From Vibrio alginolyticus NBRC 15630 = ATCC 17749 (lineage in GTDB: Bacteria; Pseudomonadota; Gammaproteobacteria; Enterobacterales; Vibrionaceae): DNA of 32,000 bases. The position numbers and the translations under genes are program-made. The notes beneath the pieces are model-generated. The model did no database searches. It had not been told where the DNA came from and saw only the letters and a list, made by a program, of their open reading frames with translations. Position 1 is the first letter of the stretch. Every line of letters starts with the position of its first letter. Shown here in pieces: positions 17,380-26,182 of the stretch. The stretch is taken from positions 3,270,001-3,302,000 of the forward strand of contig NC_022349.1 of NCBI RefSeq assembly GCF_000354175.2, given 5' to 3'.

Positions 17380-18559
17380 GAGCGTAACCAAAAATAAGAC
17401 TAATATTATTGCCACCAAAAGCAAAAGAGTTGCTGAGAATCGCTTTGTTACCCAGTTTGGTTGGCGTCTCAACTAACGATATATGGATATCGTCTGCTTT
17501 GGTTTCGCAGTGTTGTATTGGCAAATCAAGGTTGTACTTGAGAATATGCCAAGCGATCGCGGCTTCCGTTGCACTTGCAGCGCCTAATGTGTGTCCGGTA
17601 AGTGGCTTTGTAGAGCTCACAGGGACGGAGTCACCAAAGCAGCGGTGAATGGCTTTGCTTTCCATCGCATCGTTTAACGGCGTTGCTGTGCCATGCGCGT
17701 TGATGTAACCAATGTCTTGTGCTGTTAGTCCTGCATTGGCCAACGCTTTCTTCATCGCTTCTTCTGCGCCTAACCCTTCTGGATGTGGTGCGGAAATGTG
17801 GTGCGCGTCTGAGCTATCGCCAGCTCCGAGAAGAGCAACGGGCGCGGGTGTTTTGCTTAGCAACATTAATGCTGCGGCTTCGCCGATATTGATGCCGTTA
17901 CGATGTTGGTCAAACGGTTTACAAAGAGTATCGGATAGGGCTTCTAAACCGTTAAAGCCGTTTAGTGTGAGGCGACAAATGGTATCCACGCCACCCACAA
18001 TGACGGCATCAACAATGCCCGAGCGAATCAGGCGTTGCGCGGTTAAAAAGACACGACCACTAGAAGAACAGGCGGTTGAAACTGAGTAATGTGGGCCGCT
18101 CAAATCAAAGTAGGCGGCAATAAAATCGCTGCAGTTGCCAAGCTCTTGTTTGGTGTAATGGTAATCGGCAGGAAACTCGCCGTTTGCCAGCTTATCTCCA
18201 AACGCGATTTCGCCATCTGAAATGCCAGATGTGCTGGTGCCGATCACGACCGCGATACGGTCACGACCATATTTAGCAATGGCGTCACGCACGTCGCCTT
18301 CGATTTGCTGCAAAGCCGAAAGTGCGAGGCGGTTGTTTCTCGTATCAAACTGGCTGAGTGCGGGTGGTAATTGCGGTAACGCCTGTGCGATTCGACCGAT
18401 TACTGTTTGGCGGCCTGAATTTAAAATATCTTGGTCAACCACCATGTTGGATGGCTTCGCTCCTGATAAACACTGGTGGATGAGCGCATCATCTTGTCCC
18501 ATGGCAGAGTGAAAGCCACAGGCCTGAATATACAAAGGTTGAGAAGAGCGAATAGGCAT
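17372..18559 (-). CDS. apeO: Beta-ketoacyl-ACP synthase (KS partner of the CLF-like ApeC)
   Basis: 395-aa ORF with 'STACSSSG' (active Cys), 'NAHGTATPLND' and 'TGHTLGAAS'. Confidence 0.88.
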   Translation of the reverse strand: MPIRSSQPLYIQACGFHSAMGQDDALIHQCLSGAKPSNMVVDQDILNSGRQTVIGRIAQALPQLPPALSQFDTRNNRLALSALQQIEGDVRDAIAKYGRDRIAVVIGTSTSGISDGEIAFGDKLANGEFPADYHYTKQELGNCSDFIAAYFDLSGPHYSVSTACSSSGRVFLTAQRLIRSGIVDAVIVGGVDTICRLTLNGFNGLEALSDTLCKPFDQHRNGINIGEAAALMLLSKTPAPVALLGAGDSSDAHHISAPHPEGLGAEEAMKKALANAGLTAQDIGYINAHGTATPLNDAMESKAIHRCFGDSVPVSSTKPLTGHTLGAASATEAAIAWHILKYNLDLPIQHCETKADDIHISLVETPTKLGNKAILSNSFAFGGNNISLIFGYAHD

Positions 18560-18579
18560 ATTGTTATTCTAAATTGTTC

Positions 18580-19191
18580 TTAATTAATCTGATGTTGCAG
18601 TGTTTGAATAGAAATTGAAAACTGATGTTTGAGGTGGTGAAAATCAATCTTACCCTCTAATTTGTTAGAAGAACTGTATTGAATCTCAATGATCTTTTCA
18701 CCGTCGCTATCAAAGATGGCGCGAGAATTATTTTTATCAATCATTTGCCACCTTACCTCATTTAACGATCCTTCCCAAGCGGAACTCGGCCAGAGCGTGA
18801 TCATCAGGTTAAATAATACCTGTTCTGGCTGCGGTAGCGTACCTTGCAAACCGTTGAGTACTTCGGTTTGGATTTGTTCTCCATCGTAAGACAACGAGAG
18901 CACTCGCGTCCCCCAAGATGAGAAGCCTGCCAGTACCACTTCGTTGCTAGTCACTTGCAGTTGCACCGGAAGTTGCTCAGATGTGGGTTTGTCGTCAATT
19001 ACCCAAGAGGCCGTAATCAATTGGCTGGCCGTCAACTGATAGCCCAAGCTGGCTGGAGTCGGTAAGTTAACTTGGGTGTTCTCAGCAATATCGACTTGAG
19101 GTGTCGATTGGTGAGGTACCAAGCTGCATGCACTTAAAAACAGACTCAGTACGATTAACGTCGCGCAGCGAAAAGCATGGTTAAAAATCAT
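18580..19191 (-). CDS. apeN: Lipoprotein of APE clusters (DUF3261-like)
   Basis: 203-aa ORF with signal peptide and lipobox 'LSLFLSAC'. ATGA overlap with apeM (19188-19191). It sits between the exporter and KS genes, as in described APE clusters. Confidence 0.7.
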   Translation of the reverse strand: MIFNHAFRCATLIVLSLFLSACSLVPHQSTPQVDIAENTQVNLPTPASLGYQLTASQLITASWVIDDKPTSEQLPVQLQVTSNEVVLAGFSSWGTRVLSLSYDGEQIQTEVLNGLQGTLPQPEQVLFNLMITLWPSSAWEGSLNEVRWQMIDKNNSRAIFDSDGEKIIEIQYSSSNKLEGKIDFHHLKHQFSISIQTLQHQIN

Positions 19192-21530
19192 GACGTCGTT
19201 CCCTCTGTTTTAATCGCAATCGGAGAGAGCAGCCAAGCAACAAAAATACCACTTAACACCGTAATGCCGAAACTGTGAATCGCGTGAGTTTGGCTTAGTG
19301 ACAGCAACCCAAATGACAGCAGAGTGGTTATTGCCGAAAGGGTGATCGCCAATAGTGTGCTCACGCTGCGCGCTTTCTCGGCAAAGAAAAGAGTGTAATC
19401 GATCCCGATACCAAGAATGAGTACTAAGCCAAGCAAGTTGAACAGGTTTAATGTTGTTCCCATCGCGACAGCAGTTGCCAGACCGCACGCGCAAGCAATC
19501 AATGATGGCAGTAAAACTCGCCAACTGTGTTGCAGACCGTACCGCTTGATTAACACCAGAAAGATCACAGTACTGGCGGCTGCCAATAGCTCCATGATTT
19601 TGATTCGGTATTCACCAAATAGGGCGGAAATTTCTTCTGCTTTGTTTAGGTAGACAACGTCAGGCTGCGATTTGGCAAAAGACTTAACAACGGCGGAGTC
19701 TTGCAATTGGTTTAACACCACTACCGTTGCCGATTTTCCTTTAATTTTACCCAAATGGAGAAAACGCACAGGCGCTGATACTGGGTTTTGCAAGTACTGA
19801 TCAACCGTGACAGGGATAAAGTCGGCGTCCATTTTCGGCTTTTTATTTAAGCCCAGTCCGGATGCAAGTGGGCTGGATTGTGTTGCGTAAAGATCGCGAA
19901 TCAATTGATAGTCTTGTTGCTGACGTTCCACTGAGCTCAAGTAGCGGCTCAGACTCTGGTAGCTTTCGATGGTGCTGTCCGCTTTCCACGCTTCTAATGT
20001 TGGCGTCAAAGACTCCAGTTTTTTCATTAGGTTTTCGTCATCGTCGGCGGTAACGACCAACATTTGCTGCGAAGATTGCATGCCACTGAGCGTCGTAATC
20101 AAGGTTTCTTGCTGCTTGAGATCTTTCGGCATCGTTTGCAGCAGACGAATGTCGTCATCGTAGTTCAATTGCAGCAAGAAAAAGCCACTCGCAACCACAC
20201 ATAACATCGGTAATCCGACTTTAATTCGAGGTTGATTCCAAAGCGTTAACCATTTCGCCAACAGTGATTGTCCCGGTAAATTCGAAATGGAGCGCGATGG
20301 GTTACGAGCCAGTATCGGATACCAAGCCACCACGGTGATGTAAGCGGCAATCAGACCAATGGATGAAAACAGCGCAAGCTGCTGCAAACCAGGAAACGGT
20401 GCCACTAACATGCCCAAATAGCCGATCAAACTGGTGATTAAGCCAAGTGTGATCGCTATGAAAATATGCTTTAACCCTTGCTCGCTATCCCATTCATTTC
20501 CCGCCGCAAGGCGTTCGGTTAGGTAGTGGAATGCGTAGTCGATAGACACGCCGATTAAACTTGCGCCAAACACTAAGCTGAACAGATGGACTTTTCCAAA
20601 AATCCACGTCGTAACGGACAACGCAACGAGCAAACCAATGGTGATGGAAAGCAGTGCCAGAGACAGTGGCATCACACTACGAAAGACCAACACGAACAAT
20701 GCAATGATACCGAGCAGAGAGAACACACCTATGGTACTGATCTCCGATTTGGCACTTTGCGTACCAAAGTCGGCGTAAAATAGAACGCCAGTATGTGCCA
20801 CTTTAGCGCCATATTTCTGCGCGACGCTTTGCTCTAGCGCTTGAATGTCAGGGACGGCAAGCTGCCCAGTTAGGCTATAAGGCGAGTCTTTTAGCTCAGC
20901 AGTAATAAGCAAGTATTGAGCACCGTCTTTTTCGACGGACAGATAGCCGTTATCCAATCGGAAAGAGGACGATTGCTGGGTAACTTGGCTTAAATAATCA
21001 CGAAATAGCAAGAAAGGATCATTTTGTAACTCTTGCCCAGTCACTCCAGAAAAGGGGTTGTACAGAGATTGAATCACATGCTGCACTTGCTGTTCTGGAT
21101 TTTTGCTTAAACGCTCTCGTTGTTCAGGCGTCAGCAATTGGAAACGGTGCTTAAAGTAGTAACTCGCCCAAGTTTGCTGCTCTTGAGGTGAGATTTTTCC
21201 CACCACATCGCGAAAATGATTACTTTGTCGTAACCCCTTATCAAATTCAGTGGCCGCTGCAAAAAGGGCATTTTTGTCCGGCGCTGTGATCACGAAAATG
21301 ACTTTGTCGCTCATACTTGCCGAGACCGACTCAAAGGCTTGCTCAGCCACTGGGTTTTGTTGGTTCTTCGGCAACAGTTTTAAAATGTTGGTCTCAATCG
21401 GAGATTCTGCACTCCAAACCCACTGTTTGAGTAGCAACGCGCCCGCTAAAACAACGAGATTGAGCCAAACCAGAGCAAGGGTATGAGTGCCAAGACTGAG
21501 TTTAGAAACGGAATTGAGCGTCTTCGGCAT
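19188..21530 (-). CDS. apeM: MMPL/RND-superfamily membrane exporter, APE cluster
   Basis: 780-aa ORF. Two blocks of clustered hydrophobic helices are separated by large soluble loops, which is the duplicated MMPL architecture. Confidence 0.85.
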   Translation of the reverse strand: MPKTLNSVSKLSLGTHTLALVWLNLVVLAGALLLKQWVWSAESPIETNILKLLPKNQQNPVAEQAFESVSASMSDKVIFVITAPDKNALFAAATEFDKGLRQSNHFRDVVGKISPQEQQTWASYYFKHRFQLLTPEQRERLSKNPEQQVQHVIQSLYNPFSGVTGQELQNDPFLLFRDYLSQVTQQSSSFRLDNGYLSVEKDGAQYLLITAELKDSPYSLTGQLAVPDIQALEQSVAQKYGAKVAHTGVLFYADFGTQSAKSEISTIGVFSLLGIIALFVLVFRSVMPLSLALLSITIGLLVALSVTTWIFGKVHLFSLVFGASLIGVSIDYAFHYLTERLAAGNEWDSEQGLKHIFIAITLGLITSLIGYLGMLVAPFPGLQQLALFSSIGLIAAYITVVAWYPILARNPSRSISNLPGQSLLAKWLTLWNQPRIKVGLPMLCVVASGFFLLQLNYDDDIRLLQTMPKDLKQQETLITTLSGMQSSQQMLVVTADDDENLMKKLESLTPTLEAWKADSTIESYQSLSRYLSSVERQQQDYQLIRDLYATQSSPLASGLGLNKKPKMDADFIPVTVDQYLQNPVSAPVRFLHLGKIKGKSATVVVLNQLQDSAVVKSFAKSQPDVVYLNKAEEISALFGEYRIKIMELLAAASTVIFLVLIKRYGLQHSWRVLLPSLIACACGLATAVAMGTTLNLFNLLGLVLILGIGIDYTLFFAEKARSVSTLLAITLSAITTLLSFGLLSLSQTHAIHSFGITVLSGIFVAWLLSPIAIKTEGTTS

Positions 21531-22122
21531 CCGTGAGTTCCTGAGGTAGAGAGGTCTGGTTTGTAAACGTGATTTCGGTCTTATCGCCGCGCAGCTCTTG
21601 TAGGGTTAGGCGATCAATATGCGTTTTACCGGAAAGGGTGATGGCTTTAAACACCGCATTTAATGGTGACTGTTTGGGCACTAAAACGAGCTGCCACTGA
21701 TTGTTCTCAACTGAAAAATCGAGTGTGAATTGTTCTTGCAGTGCAGAAGTATCCCCGTGGAACACGGATAAAAACACATGACTAAAGTAGAACGCCATTG
21801 GGTTTTCTTGTGCAGAGATCGTTTTCGGTGCTTGGTCGGCAAAAGTTTGACGAAGTTTGTTTTCCGTCAATACCAAATTGACTGCGAAAGGTTCTGTTTG
21901 TTGCCACAACAAGCCATGTGTTTTGCTCAGTGTGAACTGACCTTTAGAGGTTAGAGGTTGACTGAACATTTCCAGATGACGCTGCTGCGTAAAATCTCCG
22001 CGCACGATTTCATGCTGAGACAACTGCTGTTGAAGCGACGCCAAATCTGTTACGTTTGCTGTCGGTGTGGCCAGTGCTGGAACAGAAAATATCAACAAAA
22101 AAGAGAGTAACCACTTTTGCAT
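21502..22122 (-). CDS. apeL: LolA-like outer-membrane lipoprotein carrier protein, APE cluster
   Basis: Start moved to ATG 22122 (TAATG junction with apeK), giving the signal peptide 'MQKWLLSFLLIFSVPALA'. 'GDFTQQRHLEMFSQPLTSKGQF' is LolA-like. Confidence 0.78.
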   Translation of the reverse strand: MQKWLLSFLLIFSVPALATPTANVTDLASLQQQLSQHEIVRGDFTQQRHLEMFSQPLTSKGQFTLSKTHGLLWQQTEPFAVNLVLTENKLRQTFADQAPKTISAQENPMAFYFSHVFLSVFHGDTSALQEQFTLDFSVENNQWQLVLVPKQSPLNAVFKAITLSGKTHIDRLTLQELRGDKTEITFTNQTSLPQELTDAEDAQFRF

Positions 22123-22568
22123 TAGTTCAGGCTCCCATGGTTGTGCCATTGCTCTACTTTATCTAAAAAAACTGCTGGAGAAACAAAGCACATCTCTTGC
22201 TTTTCAATGGATACAGCGACTTGCGTTGTATGCGCTTTGCACATACGTTGATTCGTTTCGGCGTCGTAAATCACGTAATCCACACGCAAGCGGTTTTCCC
22301 ACTCAGTGAGTTGCGCGGTAATACGAATGGTGTGATTAAACGGAATCGCCTTCACGTATTTAACGCGCGTATCGATGATCGGCCACATGTACCCAGAGTC
22401 TTGCATATCGCGATAGCTGTATTGAATCTTCTCCATCAGCACACGACGCGCTTCTTCAAAATACCGAAAGAAGTTGCCGTGATAAATCACGCCCATCGGG
22501 TCAGCATCTTGGAATGAGGTGACCATTGTCACCTCCGCTTCTAATGGGTAGAGAACCTGCTCTTGCAT
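22122..22568 (-). CDS. apeK: 4HBT/YbgC-type hotdog acyl thioesterase, APE cluster
   Basis: Start moved to ATG 22568 (GGAGG upstream, TAATG junction with the ammonia-lyase stop). 'DADPMGVIYHGNFFRYFEEAR' is the YbgC/4HBT signature. Confidence 0.82.
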   Translation of the reverse strand: MQEQVLYPLEAEVTMVTSFQDADPMGVIYHGNFFRYFEEARRVLMEKIQYSYRDMQDSGYMWPIIDTRVKYVKAIPFNHTIRITAQLTEWENRLRVDYVIYDAETNQRMCKAHTTQVAVSIEKQEMCFVSPAVFLDKVEQWHNHGSLN

Positions 22569-24121
22569 TATACCTCCGCGTAGAGTGGCCAATGACGTTG
22601 CTGAATGCGTTCAATGAAATGACGCAAATCTTGTTCCAATGGGCGATCTTCAATCACAAATTCAAACTCGCTCAGTACGGCGTCACGAATTACTCGCAAA
22701 CTCTGACTCATGTGGTGTTCGTCCAATTCGTTATGACGGCGACGAATCTCAACCGCTTGAACGCTTGCTAGGAGTGAAGCCGCAGCAACTTGCTCTGTTA
22801 ACTCAAGTACGCGTAAGCAATCACGAGCCGCAATGGTGCCCATGCTCACTTTGTCTTGGTTGTGACATTCGGTTGAGCGAGAAAAAACGCTCGCTGGCAT
22901 GGTGTTTTTCAACGCTTCTGCCGTCCAAGCTGAGATACCAATCTGAACCGCTTTAAAGCCGTGGTTGATCGGTTTACGCTCGCCTTCTGCACCGGTTAAG
23001 TTAAACGGCAGGCCGTTATTGAACTTGTAATCCATCAGTTGCGCCATCTGACGGTCCAGCAAGTCAGCTAAGTTGGCAATGTTCACTTTCAACGTATCCA
23101 TCGCCATTGCGATATGACCACCGTAGAAGTGACCGCCGTGCAGAACGCGCTCGTTGTCGCCATCGATAATTGGATTGTCGTTGGCACTATTTAGTTCATT
23201 CTCAATCAATTGACGTAGCCAAGGCAGTGAGTCTTGCACCATGCCAATTACGTGTGGCGCACAACGCAGCGAGTAACGATCTTGCAGTCGGTCGCTATTG
23301 CGTGGCGGACGTTCAGCATTGAGATCATCACGCAGCCAAGCTGCAACTTGCTGTTGACCAGGGTGAGGTTTTACCGCAAACAACGCTTCATCAAAGTGGA
23401 AATCGTTACCTTGCATACCTACAGAGACCATTGCGGTAATCTTGGTGCAAAGCTGCGCTAGGTATTCTGCACGTTTGTAGGCAAGACAGGCGAGGGCCGT
23501 CATCACGGATGTACCGTTCATTAACGCCAAACCTTCTTTTGGTTTTAGGCGAATTGGCTCAATGCCCAGCTCTGCGAACACTTCTTGTGTTGGTCGCACA
23601 TCGCCTTTGTAAAGCACTTCACGCTCGCCAATCAAGGTCGCCGCTAGGTAAGAAAGAGGCGTTAAATCGCCGCTTGCGCCCACCGAGCCTTCTTGTGGAA
23701 TACGCGGCGCAATGTCGTGGTTGATAAGCGTAACGATTTGGGTCAACAGATCGTGAGACACGCCAGATACGCCCTGCGACAATGAACATAAACGTGTTGC
23801 CAACACCGCACGAGCTTGCTCATGAGAAAGGATTTGACCTAAGCCACAGCCATGGAAGCGCGTAAGGTGCAACGGAAGTTCATCCACAAGAGCGGGTGGA
23901 ATCGCCACTGTACATGAATCGCCGTAACCCGTGGTCACGCCGTAAATAACGCCTTCTTCTTTCAGTAACCGTTCCAGAAACGCCACGCCACGATCGATTT
24001 TCGCGGTAAATTCTGGCGAGGTGTTCATGCTTGCCTTTGCACCTTGAGCAATGGCAACGACATCTTCGATGGTTAAAGATTGGGCACCAAAAGTGATGTT
24101 GTGATTATTGTTGTTTGTCAT
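22568..24121 (-). CDS. MIO-dependent aromatic amino acid / histidine ammonia-lyase family enzyme (substrate unresolved)
   Basis: 517-aa ORF with 'YGVTTGYG' and the MIO-forming Ala-Ser-Gly in 'GSVGASGDLTPLSYLA'. Full-length HAL/PAL/TAL fold. It is embedded between apeJ and apeK. Confidence 0.88.
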   Translation of the reverse strand: MTNNNNHNITFGAQSLTIEDVVAIAQGAKASMNTSPEFTAKIDRGVAFLERLLKEEGVIYGVTTGYGDSCTVAIPPALVDELPLHLTRFHGCGLGQILSHEQARAVLATRLCSLSQGVSGVSHDLLTQIVTLINHDIAPRIPQEGSVGASGDLTPLSYLAATLIGEREVLYKGDVRPTQEVFAELGIEPIRLKPKEGLALMNGTSVMTALACLAYKRAEYLAQLCTKITAMVSVGMQGNDFHFDEALFAVKPHPGQQQVAAWLRDDLNAERPPRNSDRLQDRYSLRCAPHVIGMVQDSLPWLRQLIENELNSANDNPIIDGDNERVLHGGHFYGGHIAMAMDTLKVNIANLADLLDRQMAQLMDYKFNNGLPFNLTGAEGERKPINHGFKAVQIGISAWTAEALKNTMPASVFSRSTECHNQDKVSMGTIAARDCLRVLELTEQVAAASLLASVQAVEIRRRHNELDEHHMSQSLRVIRDAVLSEFEFVIEDRPLEQDLRHFIERIQQRHWPLYAEV

Positions 24122-25820
24122 GTGGCTGATTACTTAAAGTCCAGAAGTTAAAAAAGTTGTACCACTGTAACGGCGCTTGCAGTGTGTGGTGTTCTAATCT
24201 GTGTGCGTACTGTTGAACAACGCGTTCTAGTGCCTGCTGACGCTCCTTGCGCGGTAGCGTGATTTGGTCACTAAAGTGTTCAAAGTACACATTAAAATGC
24301 GGAGTGTTCGCTTCATCGTCGCGTAGGCCGAAGAGTAGATAGACCGGCGCTTTTAATACCGAGGCTAGCATGAATGGGCCTTGCGGGAATGGGGCAGGTT
24401 TACCAAGAAAATCTGCCCAAACGACACGATTTTCTTTGCTGGTGGAAGTGCGATCGCCAACGATCACCACCCATTCGCCTTGCTCGATTTTTTGTTGAAG
24501 CAAAATCGCGGTGTCTGGTCCCATTGAGCTGACTTGAATCAGATTCAGTTCCGAATTTGGGTTTACCGCCTTCATTACCGCATTAAATTGTTCAGCGTGT
24601 TGGGTAAATACCAAGGCATTGATTTTGACATGAGAGTGTCGACGACCAAGCGCACGGCAGAGTTCGATATTGCCAAGGTGCGAGCCTAAAATGAGCACGC
24701 CTTGTTTTTTCTGCGCCATCTCTTCGAAATGATGCTGGCCGTGAATGGTTAGGTTAGCGACGTTAAAGTCACCTTGCCAGGCAGCCAGTTTATCGAGCAT
24801 GGTACGCCCAAAGGAAAGCAGATGATGATAGCTGTCCAACTGCTTTGGCAGTGCGATGTTCTGCTGCGCTGCGTAGTGCTGTAAGTTGTTCAGGTAAACC
24901 TCAGACGCTTCACGGGCAGATTTACCCGTGAAGTGGTAGTAGCGCATGACTAGCTTTAAAATCAGGTCGAACGCTTTTCTACCGAACAAGCGGTAAACCG
25001 CGAGCAAGGTTTTGATGCCTAAAATCGTGCCTTGTTCTTTTCGTTTCGACCAGTGGGCATTGCTGTCGTCTGTGTGACTGTGCTTTCTGGCGAGTAGCGA
25101 AGGAATGCGCGGCAACATGCCAAAAAATAGGCGAGTGTGCATCCAGCTTATCTTGACGTTATCCCACAATGCGTCGAAGTGGGAAATGCCACCTTCAGGG
25201 TAGATCACGCGCGTTGGAACAAAATCAATATCGACGCCTTCCCAGTACATTCGCACCAGAATTTCGATATCAAAATCCATGCGTTTGCCGATGCTGTACT
25301 TGTTCAACACGGCGACCGTTTTCGCCACTGGGTAGGCGCGAAAACCGCACATGCTGTCTTTGATAGACAGTGACAAGGTTTCTATCCACACCCACACGTG
25401 CGTAGCGTAGCGACCATACAAACGGGATTTAGGTACGCTCTCGTCGTATATCGGTTGGCCCGAAATCAGGTTATCTGGTTTTGTTTCGCTGGCGCTGAGC
25501 AATTTCGGCAATGCTTCTAGGTCGTGCTGACCATCTGCGTCGATTTGAATGGTGTGCGTAAAACCAAGTTGGTGAGCTTGATGTAGGCCTGCCATCACCG
25601 CGCCACCTTTGCCTTGGTTTTCACTCAAACTAATCAGTTTTATCAGCCCTTGTTCACTCAAAGCAGAAAGCGCTTGTTTGGTGTCTTCATTGCTGCCGTC
25701 GTCCACGACCAGCACTGGCAAAGCGAAAGAGGATAACGATGCCACCACGTCTGCAATTGTGCTGCCGTGGTTGTAGCAAGGAATTAAAAAGCAGGGACGG
25801 TAATCACTCACGTGACTCAC
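24105..25820 (-). CDS. apeJ: Fusion protein: family-2 glycosyltransferase (N-terminal) and LpxL/HtrB-like acyltransferase (C-terminal), APE cluster
   Basis: 571-aa ORF. N-terminal 'FLIPCYNHG...VVDDGSNEDT...IQIDADGQHD' is GT-A/GT2. C-terminal 'ILGSHLGNIELC' (HX4E) is a lipid A late-acyltransferase-like domain. The start is GTG at 25820 or 25811. Confidence 0.82.
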   Translation of the reverse strand: MSHVSDYRPCFLIPCYNHGSTIADVVASLSSFALPVLVVDDGSNEDTKQALSALSEQGLIKLISLSENQGKGGAVMAGLHQAHQLGFTHTIQIDADGQHDLEALPKLLSASETKPDNLISGQPIYDESVPKSRLYGRYATHVWVWIETLSLSIKDSMCGFRAYPVAKTVAVLNKYSIGKRMDFDIEILVRMYWEGVDIDFVPTRVIYPEGGISHFDALWDNVKISWMHTRLFFGMLPRIPSLLARKHSHTDDSNAHWSKRKEQGTILGIKTLLAVYRLFGRKAFDLILKLVMRYYHFTGKSAREASEVYLNNLQHYAAQQNIALPKQLDSYHHLLSFGRTMLDKLAAWQGDFNVANLTIHGQHHFEEMAQKKQGVLILGSHLGNIELCRALGRRHSHVKINALVFTQHAEQFNAVMKAVNPNSELNLIQVSSMGPDTAILLQQKIEQGEWVVIVGDRTSTSKENRVVWADFLGKPAPFPQGPFMLASVLKAPVYLLFGLRDDEANTPHFNVYFEHFSDQITLPRKERQQALERVVQQYAHRLEHHTLQAPLQWYNFFNFWTLSNQPHDKQQ

Positions 25821-26172
25821 CCAGTTTCATTTTGCCTGAAGAGTGAGTCACCAAGGTTTCACCGTTTTTCGATGTGTACTTAAAGGTCAATTTCTCGCGC
25901 TCATTGTCCCAAGAGAGTGAGAGACAAACGTCGGCGTTTGGCAGAATCGGCTCTTGAAATTTGATGACTTCCATTCCTTTAAATACCTTGGGAGTGTTCA
26001 AATATTGAACGGCGTAGAACAACGCCCAATCAATTTGAGTGACGCCGGGTAAAAGAGGGAAGTGATTGAAATGACCTTGGAAATCTAAGATGTCAGCATC
26101 CACTCGCAGCGACAGCTCCGCGGTATGGTCACTCACTTCAATATTCTGAATAGTTGGTTTTCTTTTATCCAT
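25804..26172 (-). CDS. apeI: Hotdog dehydratase (partner of ApeP), APE cluster
   Basis: Start moved to ATG 26172 ('MDKRKPTIQNIEV'). 'FQGHFNHFPLLPGVTQIDWAL' is FabA/FabZ-like. Confidence 0.78.
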   Translation of the reverse strand: MDKRKPTIQNIEVSDHTAELSLRVDADILDFQGHFNHFPLLPGVTQIDWALFYAVQYLNTPKVFKGMEVIKFQEPILPNADVCLSLSWDNEREKLTFKYTSKNGETLVTHSSGKMKLGESRE

Positions 26173-26182
26173 GTTACTAGCT

